Shown here: positions 39,808-50,379 of the stretch, piece by piece
Layout of the letters: each line of letters begins with the position of its first letter
How positions within the stretch are numbered: position 1 is the first letter of the stretch
Assembly: GCA_033764955.1 (NCBI GenBank)
Contig: JANRIL010000042.1
Span: 96,001-160,000 of the forward strand
Reading direction: 5' to 3'
DNA from: Cyanobacteriota bacterium
GTDB lineage: Bacteria; Cyanobacteriota; Cyanobacteriia; Thermostichales; Thermostichaceae
Length of the DNA stretch: 64,000 nt
Translations under genes and position numbers: made by a program
The notes under the pieces: generated by a model
Database searches by the model: none
What the model was told of the DNA's origin: nothing
The model's input: the letters and a program-made list of their open reading frames with translations, nothing else

Positions 39808-40064
39808 AGGATGGCTTTAACCTGGGTGTTGCTGAATGAAGTATGAATCGGGCTGGGAGTCGGATATCCCAAAATCCGAGATAGCGAATCAAAGAAGTTG
39901 GGTCGTCCTATGCAAGTCATGCTGCATTTTAGTGACACAAGAAATTGCAGATTATGCCAGAGCATGGTTTCCCCACCTCTGGACGTAAGGATAGAGTTTT
40001 TCCCACTAGCCTTGCGATCCCTTACCTAAGCGTATTCCCCCATCGTTCTATCGGATGGTTGGGG

Positions 40065-40859
40065 TTACGGTTTGAGGGCATCCACTTCTAATCTGACCAT
40101 GCGGACATGGGCGAGTCCCTGGGGATCAAGAGGAATGCGTTCTAAGTACATTTCTACAAACTGACTAATAAAATCATTTCGCGCCCTTTCCGGTAGGCGG
40201 TGGGTAAAAGGCATCCAGGTTGTGCGGATCCAACTGGCTAGCCCTGCTTTACCCAAATGGGTCATATCTTTGGGCACTAATTCGAGTCGTTCAATGGTGA
40301 AGCCAGCATCCTCCAACCACAGCCTATAGTCTCGATCTCCATAAAAAAAGTAGGGGTTAGAGAAGCTATCAAAATAGGGATCCCAGGACTGGCTAGCGAT
40401 CAGTTCCGCAAAAACTTGCAAAATATCTTCGGCATTTCCCTGACCACCGCAAGAAATCACTAACCGACCCCCACAGCGCAAGGCTCGACTAGCCCCGTTT
40501 AGGAAAGCCGGATGATGATCTACCCAGTGAAGGGTTGCATTTGAAAAACATAAATCAAATTCATCGGTAAACCTAAGGGAACGGGCATCAACACAAGCAA
40601 ATGTGAGATTGGGATATTGTGTTGTCGGATAGGTACGGCTGGCATAAGCAATCATTTCTGGAGAACTATCCACCCCAACCACGCGCCCCCTTGATAAAGC
40701 GGTGGAGAAATCAGCCGTAATCTTTCCGTCTCCACAGCCAACATCTAATATCGATTCATCCCCATACCAATGAAGTTTGTGTTGAAGTTTCTCTTTTAGC
40801 TCCCTTGCCCACCGCAATTGGGCATCTGAACTTTTGGCATAGTCTTCGGGATCCCACAT
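40065..40859 (-). CDS. Class I SAM methyltransferase (trans-aconitate methyltransferase-like)
   Basis: MWDPEDY, ILDVGCGDG, GVDSSPEM, FSNATLHWV. Confidence 0.85.
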   Translation of the reverse strand: MWDPEDYAKSSDAQLRWARELKEKLQHKLHWYGDESILDVGCGDGKITADFSTALSRGRVVGVDSSPEMIAYASRTYPTTQYPNLTFACVDARSLRFTDEFDLCFSNATLHWVDHHPAFLNGASRALRCGGRLVISCGGQGNAEDILQVFAELIASQSWDPYFDSFSNPYFFYGDRDYRLWLEDAGFTIERLELVPKDMTHLGKAGLASWIRTTWMPFTHRLPERARNDFISQFVEMYLERIPLDPQGLAHVRMVRLEVDALKP

Positions 40860-41035
40860 GGCGATTTACCTAACCAGACACTGTTGAAATCACTTGGAAT
40901 CACTGCCACTACTCAGACAGCCCAACCAGTCTTCTAAGTTTTATCTTGTCTGTGGGTGGAGGATTTGGGAATGTGGTTAAGGGATGTCCCTCTAATCCAA
41001 AAAGACTAGACTTGTTGTTTCCAAACTTGCCGTCT

Positions 41036-42076
41036 ATGGATGAGCCTTTTCAGTTTGCTTATTGCTACTACGAACGTCCCTTTCGTCAGCCCCTAGCCAC
41101 TCATCACGGTGATTGGTCTCTCCGCCAAAGTCTCTTGATTCGGTTGCAGGATCAGCAGGGCAGAGTAGGGTATGGAGAAATTGCCCCCGTGGCTTGGTTT
41201 GGCTCAGAAACCCTTGATCAGGCTCTAGCGTTTTGTCGGCAACTGCCCTCTAGCCTGACCCAGTCCATCATTCAAGGGATCCCCAATCACCTGCCTGCCT
41301 GCCAATTTGGCCTAGAGTCGGCTTGGGTTGGTCTGAGGGACGCATCGGTTCACGCCAGCATCGGTTCTGCCCTCTCCCCGCAAGCTGCCCCTCCGATCCG
41401 CGTCAGTGGTTTGTTGCCAGCGGGGGAGGCGGCTTTGACAGCTTGGCAACCCCTTTGGCAACGGGGATATCGCACATTTAAGTGGAAAATTGCCGTTGAA
41501 GCCTTGGAAAAAGAGCAACACCTCTGTCAAGAGCTATCCCAGCAGTTGCCCAGATCCGCTCACCTGCGTTTAGATGCCAATGGAGGATTAACCCTTGCCC
41601 AGGCTAAACAGTGGCTAGTGTTGGCGGATCGGCTAGCAATCGAGTTTTTGGAACAGCCCTTGCCTGGGCATGAATTTTCTTCTCTGCAGCAACTCAGCCA
41701 ACAATTTATCACTCCCATCGCCCTTGACGAATCGGTGGCTAACCTTCGTCAGCTTCAGGACTGCTATCAAGCCGGATGGTCAGGAATATTTGTGATTAAG
41801 CCCAGCATTATCGGATCCCTGCTATCGTTACAATTATTTCTCAGACAGCATCAACTGGATATTGTGATTTCTTCTGTTTTCGAGTCGCCGATTGGTCTAT
41901 TTCACTGTCTACAACTGACCAAAGCGTTCGCGCCAACGAGAGCTTGTGGTTTGGGGATTGAGGATTTTTTGGATAGGGATCCCGATTGCCCTAATCTATG
42001 GCGAGCGGATTGGCGAGAAATGCAACCCTATTTTGATCGCCTATGGAACCAATGGTCAACCCAATTCCCTCTTTAG
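41036..42076 (+). CDS. menC: o-Succinylbenzoate synthase
   Basis: Enolase superfamily motifs KWK, LRLDANG, EQP, ALDES; men cluster. Confidence 0.9.
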   Translation: MDEPFQFAYCYYERPFRQPLATHHGDWSLRQSLLIRLQDQQGRVGYGEIAPVAWFGSETLDQALAFCRQLPSSLTQSIIQGIPNHLPACQFGLESAWVGLRDASVHASIGSALSPQAAPPIRVSGLLPAGEAALTAWQPLWQRGYRTFKWKIAVEALEKEQHLCQELSQQLPRSAHLRLDANGGLTLAQAKQWLVLADRLAIEFLEQPLPGHEFSSLQQLSQQFITPIALDESVANLRQLQDCYQAGWSGIFVIKPSIIGSLLSLQLFLRQHQLDIVISSVFESPIGLFHCLQLTKAFAPTRACGLGIEDFLDRDPDCPNLWRADWREMQPYFDRLWNQWSTQFPL

Positions 42077-43434
42077 TTGACTGGGATGTATTGGAATGCA
42101 AAGTTACCGAATATAGATGCTTGCTGGCAAATTTGATTGATCAAACTTTGCCCTGTTTGTTAATTATTGAGAAAGATCCCCATCATTTTTTGGCAGCTTT
42201 TTTAGCTGCCCAATCGCTATCATTGCCCATTTGCTTGGGAAATCCAGGCTGGAAAAAGCCAGAGCTAGATTTGGTCTTAGAACAGATTCGCCCCCGATGG
42301 TTATGGCGAGATCAACAATGTTTTGCTACTGAGTCACTCTACTCAATACAGACCCCAAGTGGGTCGATTGGGGATCCCTTTCCGGATCCCACAGGCTGGA
42401 TTTTGATCCCAACGGGTGGATCTTCGGGTCAACTGCGATTTGCTATCCATACCAGGCAAACATTATCCGCCGCTGTAGCAGGATTTCGAGATTTTTTTCA
42501 GGCGCAAGTTATTCATGCTGTGTGTGTGTTACCGCTTTATCATGTGAGTGGTTTGATGCAGTTTTGGCGATGTTATTTGACAAAGGGAAATTTTATTGTC
42601 ACCCCTTGGAAAGAACTAGAAGCAGGCAAAATTCCTTTGCTGGATCCCAGTCACTTTTTTTTATCTCTGGTTCCTACCCAATTGGCTCGTCTCTTGAAAC
42701 ATCAGGATTTACTAGCTTGGCTCCAATCATTCCGAGCTATTTTATTGGGTGGTGCACCCGCTTGGGCTGAACTGCTCTCGGAAGCCCGTATGCAAGGGAT
42801 CCCTTTAGCCCCCACCTATGGTATGACCGAGACGGCTGCCCAAATTTGCACACTCAAGCCAGAGTTTTTTTTAGCCGGAAAAAGCGGAGTGGGTCAGCCT
42901 CTTTCTCATGCAAATATCACTATTTTGAATGAACACAACCAACTGGTTTCTGCTCAAGAAATAGGACGAATTCACATTCAGACGAACTCACTTGCCTTGG
43001 GGTATTTCCCTCATCCCTGGCTCACCCACAAGGCTTTCACATCAGGAGATTTAGGTTATTGGGATCCCCAAGGATTTTTACATATTGTTGGGCGAGTGGA
43101 TGATTGTCTGATCAGTGGGGGAGAAAAGGTGATGGCTAGCGAAGTTGAGGCGGTGATTCGAGCCAGTGGATATGTCGAGGATATTGCTATTGTAGGTATA
43201 GGGGATCCCGAATGGGGAGATCTTTTGGTTGCCATTTATGTTCCTAAAGCAAAAGATTTTATTCTCATGGAACTACAAGACCATTTACGCCAACACTTGA
43301 GTGCCCACAAACAACCCAAACGCTGGATGGCAACCCCGTATATTCCTAGAAATCCTCAAGGAAAAATCAATCGTCCCCATCTGCGGCAGTGGATTGAGTC
43401 GTTGCCTGCTGAGTCGATTGGATCCAATCTTTGA
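42043..43434 (+). CDS. menE: o-Succinylbenzoate-CoA ligase
   Basis: TGGSSG, PLYHVSG, YGMTET, GDLG, SGGEKV. Confidence 0.9.
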   Translation: MEPMVNPIPSLVDWDVLECKVTEYRCLLANLIDQTLPCLLIIEKDPHHFLAAFLAAQSLSLPICLGNPGWKKPELDLVLEQIRPRWLWRDQQCFATESLYSIQTPSGSIGDPFPDPTGWILIPTGGSSGQLRFAIHTRQTLSAAVAGFRDFFQAQVIHAVCVLPLYHVSGLMQFWRCYLTKGNFIVTPWKELEAGKIPLLDPSHFFLSLVPTQLARLLKHQDLLAWLQSFRAILLGGAPAWAELLSEARMQGIPLAPTYGMTETAAQICTLKPEFFLAGKSGVGQPLSHANITILNEHNQLVSAQEIGRIHIQTNSLALGYFPHPWLTHKAFTSGDLGYWDPQGFLHIVGRVDDCLISGGEKVMASEVEAVIRASGYVEDIAIVGIGDPEWGDLLVAIYVPKAKDFILMELQDHLRQHLSAHKQPKRWMATPYIPRNPQGKINRPHLRQWIESLPAESIGSNL

Positions 43435-43816
43435 GGTGAATGGGTAAAGCCTGCTGCTGACGAGAATCTCGTTCTAGGCAAACATGACGAGTTTTGGCTT
43501 GGCTAACCAATCGCTGAGGATCCCTGATCAAAAAAACTTGATAGTGATTGACAAACTGGGTCTCAGAAATTGACTCGGCAGTCAATAATACGCGATAGGG
43601 ATCCCCACAAAACATCGGCAACCGAAAGTCAATCTGGGCTTCTGCTATGGGGAAAATCAGTGAATTTGCCGCAAAGAAAGAGCGGATAGGGATGCCAAAG
43701 TCCACCAGGGATTTTTCATAGGCTGCGTGGCAAAAATTAAGCACATTTACAAAATAAACTACTCCTGCCGCATCCGTATCCTGAAAGTATACCTGATTCT
43801 CAAAAATATAGGCCAT
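43367..43816 (-). CDS. menI: 1,4-dihydroxy-2-naphthoyl-CoA hydrolase (hot-dog thioesterase)
   Basis: DTDAAGVVYF motif; men cluster context. Confidence 0.82.
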   Translation of the reverse strand: MAYIFENQVYFQDTDAAGVVYFVNVLNFCHAAYEKSLVDFGIPIRSFFAANSLIFPIAEAQIDFRLPMFCGDPYRVLLTAESISETQFVNHYQVFLIRDPQRLVSQAKTRHVCLERDSRQQQALPIHLKDWIQSTQQATTQSTAADGDD

Positions 43817-43823
43817 AAACTCG

Positions 43824-44744
43824 TTATAGGCTCGACTTGCTCATCACCATAAATCCTAAACCCAAGCCCAGTCCCACCACAAAATGCAAAGAAACAGCAA
43901 TAAACTTAGAATGACTGATTTGCTCTGGCTGATGGTGATGTCGCAACAATAAGCGATTCAGTTGAATGGCAAAGGGTAAACTTAGCAAGGACGTTAATGT
44001 CAACAGTGGAAAAACTCGCCCCATCACGAAACTGAGGGTAATCGCATAGATGAACCCACAAATCCAAGGAAGCAGACGGGCAGAACCCTCAGTGCCTAAA
44101 CGAACTACAGGTGAACGTTTTCCGGCGGCACGATCATCCTCTACCTGATGAAAGTGGGAGCAAAATAGAATCAAACTAGTAGAAAGCCCCACAACAATCC
44201 CAGCGGCTAAAGCAACCCACGACCAACGGGAAGTTTGGCTGTAGTAAGCTGCTTCCACTCCTAGGGGGCCAAACGCCAAAAAACAAAGCAGCTCTCCCCA
44301 ACCCTGATATCCCCAGCGAAACGGAGGACCTTGATACAGATAACCCAGCCCACACCCTAGGAGTACCAATCCACAAACCACCCAACTTTGCTGAAGCCAG
44401 CTAATCCAAGCCACCCCCAATACCCCTATCAACAAACATAAATTTCCTATCCAAAAAACCAGCTCAGGCTGACCTGTTAAGTTAACTAATGAATGGGCTT
44501 TATTCTGATCAATACCTGTTTGTGAATCAAAAAAATCATTACTGATATTAGTCCAAGCTAGAATGCAAATAGATGAAAACAAAAACAACCCGAAAATACC
44601 TTGATGCAGAGCTTGTGTTTCTCGAAAAGCAATGGCAGTTCCTACGCAAATGGGAATAATTGCCACAATATACATAGGCGGCTTAATGGCTGCCAACCAT
44701 AGCTTCCCCTGAGTGGGAGAGATAGAAATCGGTTGAAAACTCAT
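43824..44744 (-). CDS. menA: DHNA phytyl/prenyltransferase
   Basis: WLAAIKPPMY, NDFFDSQTGID, DRAAGKRS; multiple TM helices; start may lie up to 44765. Confidence 0.92.
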   Translation of the reverse strand: MSFQPISISPTQGKLWLAAIKPPMYIVAIIPICVGTAIAFRETQALHQGIFGLFLFSSICILAWTNISNDFFDSQTGIDQNKAHSLVNLTGQPELVFWIGNLCLLIGVLGVAWISWLQQSWVVCGLVLLGCGLGYLYQGPPFRWGYQGWGELLCFLAFGPLGVEAAYYSQTSRWSWVALAAGIVVGLSTSLILFCSHFHQVEDDRAAGKRSPVVRLGTEGSARLLPWICGFIYAITLSFVMGRVFPLLTLTSLLSLPFAIQLNRLLLRHHHQPEQISHSKFIAVSLHFVVGLGLGLGFMVMSKSSL

Positions 44745-44927
44745 GCTCTGATCCTTCATCAGCAATTTTTTAAGAAATCGTTAAAATCAGTGGTTTCCAC
44801 AATATTCGACAATGAACGGGATGGATTCTCTCCTCTCCAGAGTGCTGACCATTTTACGCTGACTGGGTATGCAGATGAATCCCGCCGGTCAAAACGGATT
44901 CCCAAAGCGGCTCTGCCTGTGTCATCA

Positions 44928-46343
44928 ATGCCCCCTGTTTTGGACTTCCCTTTCGCCTTTGCAGATTGCAAAGATTTGTTGCCTTTGCTGGAGTCGGCTC
45001 ACCATTCGGCGCGGCAACAGGGATCCCCTCATTTGCTTAGTTTTGCTCAGTCTATCCCCGCAGTTGAACCCTTGGCGCTCCTGCAACAGGCGATGGAGAG
45101 GGGATCCCCTTATTTTTATACCCGTTACCCTTCCGCTCGCCCCCTCACGCTCTTGGGCATCGGCTCCGCCATCACCCTCCGCCCGCAGGGATCCCAACGC
45201 TTTCAGCAGGCTAAGCAGCATATCGCCAACCTGTTGCCCACTCTGATCCAGGCTGGGGATAGTTGGTCGGCCTTAGCCCAGCCCCGCCTCTTTTGCGGAT
45301 TTCCTTTTTTTGCCGACGCTCGGTCGCCCCTCCGCTCAACGGGCGGGATTCTGACGTTGCCCCGTTGGCAACTGGCGGCAACCCCCGATGAAACCTACTT
45401 GGTCAGCAATTGGCACATTCATCCCGATCACGACCTAACGCCCCTCCTCGCTCAGGCCACAACATTTTGCCAGGGGCTGCGTACTTTGCCTGTCCAGAAC
45501 CAGGGATCCTTGCTCCCCCTGTTGGATTGGCAACTGCCCCCCCACAGTCTTGATGCCTTTCGGCAAGGGATACAAACCGCTCTCCAGCAGATTCACGCGG
45601 GATCCCTTCACAAGGTGGTGCTGGCGCATGCTCTAGATATTCCACTGGAGCAACCCCTCCATCCGATGGCCACCTTGCGGCAATGGCAGAGGCTCTATCC
45701 CGAATGCTATGTCTTTGCCCTGCAAGCAAGAGCCGGAGCAACGTTTTGGGGAGCTAGCCCTGAGCGGCTGCTGCGGGTCGATCAACAACAGGTATGGATC
45801 GATGCTCTAGCAGGATCCGCCCCCCGTGGTCGGACAGAGGGAGAAGATTTTCGCCTCAAGCAGCATCTCCTGAACAGCCCCAAGGATCAGCATGAACACA
45901 GGGTGGTTGTGCAAGCGATTCAGCAGGCTCTGCTCAACCTAGGAATGGAGTCACCGATTTTGGAGCCACCTCAGATTCTGCAACTCTCCAGTATTCAACA
46001 TCTGCAAACCCGTATTCAGGCTGAGATTCCTAGCCATTTGCAGTTGTTGGATCTGCTGGAGGCGCTTCACCCCACCCCCGCCGTGGGGGGAGTACCTACA
46101 CCTGTGGCCTGTGACCTGATCCGCCGCCTGGAGCCTTTTGATCGGGGGTTATATGGCGCACCGCTCGGTTGGATCGATCTGCACGGCAACGGCGAGTTTT
46201 TTGTCGGGATCCGCTCGGCTCTCATGCAGCCGCAAAGCCTTCGTCTATACGCAGGGGCAGGGATCGTAGCGGACTCGGATCCCGATCAAGAGGTGGCGGA
46301 GGTCAGCCTTAAGCTAAAAGCCTTGCCATTTTTTTCCAGTTAA
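44928..46343 (+). CDS. menF: Isochorismate synthase
   Basis: KVVLA, GASPERL, ALAGS, LHPTPAVGG, YAGAGIV; start uncertain. Confidence 0.92.
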   Translation: MPPVLDFPFAFADCKDLLPLLESAHHSARQQGSPHLLSFAQSIPAVEPLALLQQAMERGSPYFYTRYPSARPLTLLGIGSAITLRPQGSQRFQQAKQHIANLLPTLIQAGDSWSALAQPRLFCGFPFFADARSPLRSTGGILTLPRWQLAATPDETYLVSNWHIHPDHDLTPLLAQATTFCQGLRTLPVQNQGSLLPLLDWQLPPHSLDAFRQGIQTALQQIHAGSLHKVVLAHALDIPLEQPLHPMATLRQWQRLYPECYVFALQARAGATFWGASPERLLRVDQQQVWIDALAGSAPRGRTEGEDFRLKQHLLNSPKDQHEHRVVVQAIQQALLNLGMESPILEPPQILQLSSIQHLQTRIQAEIPSHLQLLDLLEALHPTPAVGGVPTPVACDLIRRLEPFDRGLYGAPLGWIDLHGNGEFFVGIRSALMQPQSLRLYAGAGIVADSDPDQEVAEVSLKLKALPFFSS

Positions 46344-46420
46344 CGATGTCTGCCCTTTGATGTCATGAAACACAACCATCTGAGCAATAAAACCGAGAGA
46401 CTATACTGATAGCAAAACGA

Positions 46421-46663
46421 ATGGCACAAGCTGCCTTCCTTGATCAAAACTATGGCGGCCTCTTTACGGCAAACCCCTACTATAAACATGGCTGTCGGCT
46501 GGGCTGGATGTTGGATCCCGATGATTATTCCGTCGTGATTTTTGCCCCGCACCAAGAACCTAGTGTTTGTAGAGGCGATTGCCAGCTTTCAACCCTCAGT
46601 GGAGTTCATTTCAACTTCACAGCCGAGCCAATTTTTGCATGGCTAAAAATTGGCAATCGTTAG
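46421..46663 (+). pseudogene. C-terminal fragment of a Uma2/DUF820 family protein
   Basis: KHGCRLGWMLDP...F.AE.IF.WL resembles the Uma2 C-terminus; the N-terminal PD-(D/E)xK core is absent. Confidence 0.6.
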
Positions 46664-46780
46664 GGATCCGTAACTGCTGATGGATCCTCCACAAGCTGAC
46701 TTGGTTTTGCTGGGGTGCTGTCCATGATGGGGTTCAACGGGTATTTGGTGTCATAGGGCACAACTCATTCCGGTAACCTA

Positions 46781-46809
46781 GACAAATATATTTTTAGATA
46801 TATCTTGCC
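46781..46809. promoter_or_regulatory. AT-rich imperfect palindrome, candidate GntR operator
   Basis: GACAA-ATATAT-TTTTAG-ATATAT-CTTGCC about 50 nt upstream of an operon that ends in a GntR gene. Confidence 0.4.
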
Positions 46810-46860
46810 CGATTTCACTCCCTCAAAGCCCTTCTATTCTACATAGAGAGGAATTTCGGA

Positions 46861-47754
46861 TTGACTGCTTTGCATTTGCAATTGGACTGGAAGCCAGGTG
46901 CCCAGTTTGCGGGACTCCTATTTGCCCACTATTTGGGCTGGTACAGAGATGCTAACATCCACCTCGACATCCATCCTTGGCAACCGTTTCTCGATCCGGT
47001 ATCTGCCCTGGAACGCTCTGGTAACTGGCTGGTGATCACCGAAGATAACCTGCTGTTGCGAGCTATCGATCGCGGGGATCCCTATCGAGCGATTGGCACG
47101 ATGATGCAGTATTCCGGTTTGGGCTGGATTGCCCTCAAGTCCTCTGGGATCCGCCAACTGTCCGATTTGAAGGGAAAACGGGTGGGCATTCATGGGGATG
47201 GGGAAGCGGGGCTAAAAATTTCGCTGGCGCAAGTTGGGCTGACGGCTGAGGATGTGGAGATTGTCGAAATCGGCTACGACTATCCTGAGTTGTTAGGAAG
47301 TGGTGACTATGATGCGGTACAAACCTTGGTCATGGTGGAGCCGCTGGAATTGGCAGAAGCAGGCTTTGATTTGCAGGTCATGCCCGCCTACGAGTGGGGT
47401 TACCAAGTCTATTCGGAGGTGATAGCAACCACTGACGATCTGATCGCCAGGGATCCCGAAACTCTGCGGCAATTTTTGCGGGTGACTTGGGCGGGTTGGC
47501 GAGCCGCCTTTACCCGTCCCCGTGAAGCCAGTCAGGCGGTGGTGGAACATTACCTCAACGAATCTACTCCTGATCTTCAGCAGGCTATCTTGATGGCGAT
47601 TCAACCGTTGGTGATCGGGGATGTGGGTCTGGAGCGGCTGGGATCCATGCACCCAGAACGTTGGGCCAAAAGTATTCAATACCTAACGGACAACCATCTC
47701 CTCAAGGGATCCCTGCGCCCGGAACAGGTGATGACCACGGCTTTGCTGGAGTAA
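46861..47754 (+). CDS. NMT1/THI5-like protein lacking a signal peptide
   Basis: LQLDWKP..QFAG...A...GWY, DLKGKRVG motifs; TTG start with GAGAGG RBS; in-frame stop at 46795. Confidence 0.82.
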   Translation: MTALHLQLDWKPGAQFAGLLFAHYLGWYRDANIHLDIHPWQPFLDPVSALERSGNWLVITEDNLLLRAIDRGDPYRAIGTMMQYSGLGWIALKSSGIRQLSDLKGKRVGIHGDGEAGLKISLAQVGLTAEDVEIVEIGYDYPELLGSGDYDAVQTLVMVEPLELAEAGFDLQVMPAYEWGYQVYSEVIATTDDLIARDPETLRQFLRVTWAGWRAAFTRPREASQAVVEHYLNESTPDLQQAILMAIQPLVIGDVGLERLGSMHPERWAKSIQYLTDNHLLKGSLRPEQVMTTALLE

Positions 47755-47842
47755 ACTGGCTCCCTTGTCCCCACGTTCACCCTATTTTTCACGATTTACC
47801 CGTCACTATTTTCACTATTCACGATTCTGAGGAGACCTAACG

Positions 47843-48691
47843 ATGCTGAGACGAAAAGCGGCCTTGACCCTGGGGGGATCCCTACTCGCCTTGACTCTGG
47901 CTCTGTTGGGGGGAGGGATCCCTGGCTCTGCCCAAACCGACAACAGCCTGCAAAAGGTCATGGATGCGGGCAAATTCACCTACGGGTTAGAAGCCCAATA
48001 TCGCCCTTTTGAGTTTCGGGATGAAAACAACCAGATTGTTGGTTATGACATCGATCTGGCCAACGAAATCGCCAAACGCTGGGGGGTGAAAGCTGAACCT
48101 GTGGATACCGACTGGGCAACGGTCATTCAAACCCTTTACAACGGCGGATTTGATTTAATTTTGGGCGGGATGACTGCCACGGAGGCTCGCTACGAACGGG
48201 TAAATTTCTCTATCCCCTACATGGATGCCAGTTCCGGTTTGCTGATCAAAGCGGATTCTGGTATTCAGGATCGCCAAGATTTAGGCGGTAAGGTGGTGGC
48301 GGCGGGTGCTGGCACGCCTTCGGTGCAACAGCTTGAGATTACTGCCAAGGAGCTAGGGATCCAATACAACGGCGAGATTCGCACCTTTGACAACGATGCC
48401 ATTGCCTATGAAGCCATGAAGGCAGGGCGGATTGATGCCTATGCCAGCTCGCTGGTCAGCTTGAATGACTTTGCCCAACAGAATGAGGGTTTTGCGGTCA
48501 TTCCTTTCAAATCAGAGCAATGGGCTGCCGAATATACAACCGCCGCTTTTCGTAAGGAAGATGAGGCGTTGCGGCAAAAATTTAACGAAACTCTGTTGGC
48601 ACTCAAAGCTGATGGCACTCTTGATGCCCTACAGGAAAAGTGGTTCGGGCGGACGTTTGGCTCCCTTCCCGAAGCACCTCCTACCTGGTAG
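47843..48691 (+). CDS. Polar amino-acid ABC substrate-binding protein
   Basis: Signal peptide, YRPFE, GYDIDLA, MTAT..R...NFS.PY, KWFG. Confidence 0.9.
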   Translation: MLRRKAALTLGGSLLALTLALLGGGIPGSAQTDNSLQKVMDAGKFTYGLEAQYRPFEFRDENNQIVGYDIDLANEIAKRWGVKAEPVDTDWATVIQTLYNGGFDLILGGMTATEARYERVNFSIPYMDASSGLLIKADSGIQDRQDLGGKVVAAGAGTPSVQQLEITAKELGIQYNGEIRTFDNDAIAYEAMKAGRIDAYASSLVSLNDFAQQNEGFAVIPFKSEQWAAEYTTAAFRKEDEALRQKFNETLLALKADGTLDALQEKWFGRTFGSLPEAPPTW

Positions 48692-48774
48692 AACAGAGGT
48701 TTTGAACGGCAAGGTTTCCCAGGTGAGGGCTGGGGGATCCCCTAACCCTGAAGTCGCGTTTGCAGGAGGTCAGG

Positions 48775-49479
48775 ATGGATTTTCCCTTTATGGTGCAGAC
48801 ATTACCCCGCCTGGTTGCCCCGTTGGGCCTAACGATTGGCGTTAGCTTGGTGTCGCTGCTCCTGGCTACTATCTTGGGAGTCGTCTTGGGTCTGCTGCGG
48901 GTCATCTGTCCGGTCAACAATCCCCTGGGTTGGCTGATCGATGGCTATGTGGAATTGGTGCGGGGAACCCCGATTATCATCCAGATCTATGCCGTACATT
49001 TTTTACTTCCCCCCCTGCTGGGCAGCAAATTACCCCTCTTTTGGGAAGGGGTTTGTGCCCTCACCCTCAACTCTGTCGGCTATCAGATCGAGATTGTGCG
49101 GGCAGCGGTGCAATCCATTCCGCAGGGACAGTGGGAGGCGGCGCGATCCATTGGTATGACCAACAGAATCATCCTTTGCCGCATCTTACTACCCCAGGCA
49201 GCTCGCCAGATGATTCCCCCCTTGACCAATGAGCTATCTAATCTGGTCAAAGCCTCTTCGGTGCTGTCTGTAGTGGCTCTGTTTGAGTTACATAAAGCAG
49301 GCAGTAGTATTGCCTCCTCCAGCTTTAAGTTTGTGGAAATGCTGGCTCTCCAAGCTATTCTTTATTTTGCCCTGATCCAAACCCTCAGTTGGGGAACTGG
49401 CTATTTGGAGCACCATGTATTTCGGTATGGGCGCAAACCTTCCTCCTTTGGCACAGAAGCATGGGGGATTCGAGCATAA
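48775..49479 (+). CDS. Polar amino-acid ABC permease
   Basis: RGTPII, EIVRA..QSIPQGQWEAA, K.SS.LSV; start uncertain (48760 or 48775). Confidence 0.9.
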   Translation: MDFPFMVQTLPRLVAPLGLTIGVSLVSLLLATILGVVLGLLRVICPVNNPLGWLIDGYVELVRGTPIIIQIYAVHFLLPPLLGSKLPLFWEGVCALTLNSVGYQIEIVRAAVQSIPQGQWEAARSIGMTNRIILCRILLPQAARQMIPPLTNELSNLVKASSVLSVVALFELHKAGSSIASSSFKFVEMLALQAILYFALIQTLSWGTGYLEHHVFRYGRKPSSFGTEAWGIRA

Positions 49480-49542
49480 TGTTCAGCCTAAGATAGCGGG
49501 TTCATCGCCTGATAAGCATGGCGGGTCGCCAGGGAGAGCGGA

Positions 49543-50379
49543 ATGGTTGCGAATAAAAATAGGGAACAAGATCCACCAGCACAAAAGCCATCCCCAGAGC
49601 CAGGGCTCCCTTGGCTGCGAATCGAGCATCTCCACAAATTTTATGGGTCACTAGCGGCGGTGATCGATGTCAACTTGCAGGTGAATCGCGGTCAGCAAGT
49701 GGTGATCGTGGGGGCTTCCGGTTCCGGCAAAAGTACGCTGCTACGCTGCATCAACTATTTGGAAACCCCCAGCCGGGGTCAAATTTGGTTGGATGGGGAT
49801 CCCATCGGCCAGCATCCCATTCAGACAGCTAGCGGTATGGTTTGGCAGGCGGATACCCCCAATCAACTGGCTCGCAAACGGCGGCAGATCGGTATGGTTT
49901 TTCAGGGATTTAATCTGTTTGCTCACCTGAATGCCCTCGACAACATTGCCATTGGTCCCCACCGCGTTTTGGGTCGCCCCCAAGCGCAATGTCGAGAACA
50001 GGCCAGAGCGCTATTGGCAAAAGTACATCTGGATCGCCATGCCGATCACTATCCTTCGCAACTGTCGGGGGGAGAACAGCAACGGGTGGCGATTGCCCGC
50101 GCCCTGGCGATGGATCCCAAGCTGATCCTGTTTGATGAACCCACCTCCGCCCTGGATCCCCGCCTTACCCACGAAGTCTTGCAGGTGATGCAGGAGTTGG
50201 CGGAAGAAGGGCTGACGATGGTGGTGGTGACCCACGAGATTCATTTTGCCCGCCGCTTTGCCGATTGGGTGGTCTATATGGAGCAGGGGCAGATTGTCGA
50301 AACTGGGGCGGCGGGGGATGTTTTGAATCGACCGCAACAGGCGCAAACCCAGCGATTTCTTAGTTATGTCATGGGTTAG
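49543..50379 (+). CDS. Polar amino-acid ABC ATP-binding protein
   Basis: [29 protein letters not shown]. Confidence 0.92.
   Translation: MVANKNREQDPPAQKPSPEPGLPWLRIEHLHKFYGSLAAVIDVNLQVNRGQQVVIVGASGSGKSTLLRCINYLETPSRGQIWLDGDPIGQHPIQTASGMVWQADTPNQLARKRRQIGMVFQGFNLFAHLNALDNIAIGPHRVLGRPQAQCREQARALLAKVHLDRHADHYPSQLSGGEQQRVAIARALAMDPKLILFDEPTSALDPRLTHEVLQVMQELAEEGLTMVVVTHEIHFARRFADWVVYMEQGQIVETGAAGDVLNRPQQAQTQRFLSYVMG

Noticed and set aside
41036..46343. men gene cluster as a novelty
   Set aside because: Known phylloquinone/menaquinone pathway genes
46705..46780. Possible TPP riboswitch upstream of the THI5-like gene (GGGGTGC start)
   Set aside because: The conserved CUGAGA and ACCUGA elements are not present
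47770..47828. Short repeated TCACGATT/CACTATT motifs between operon genes
   Set aside because: Low-complexity and irregular, with no repeat-spacer structure
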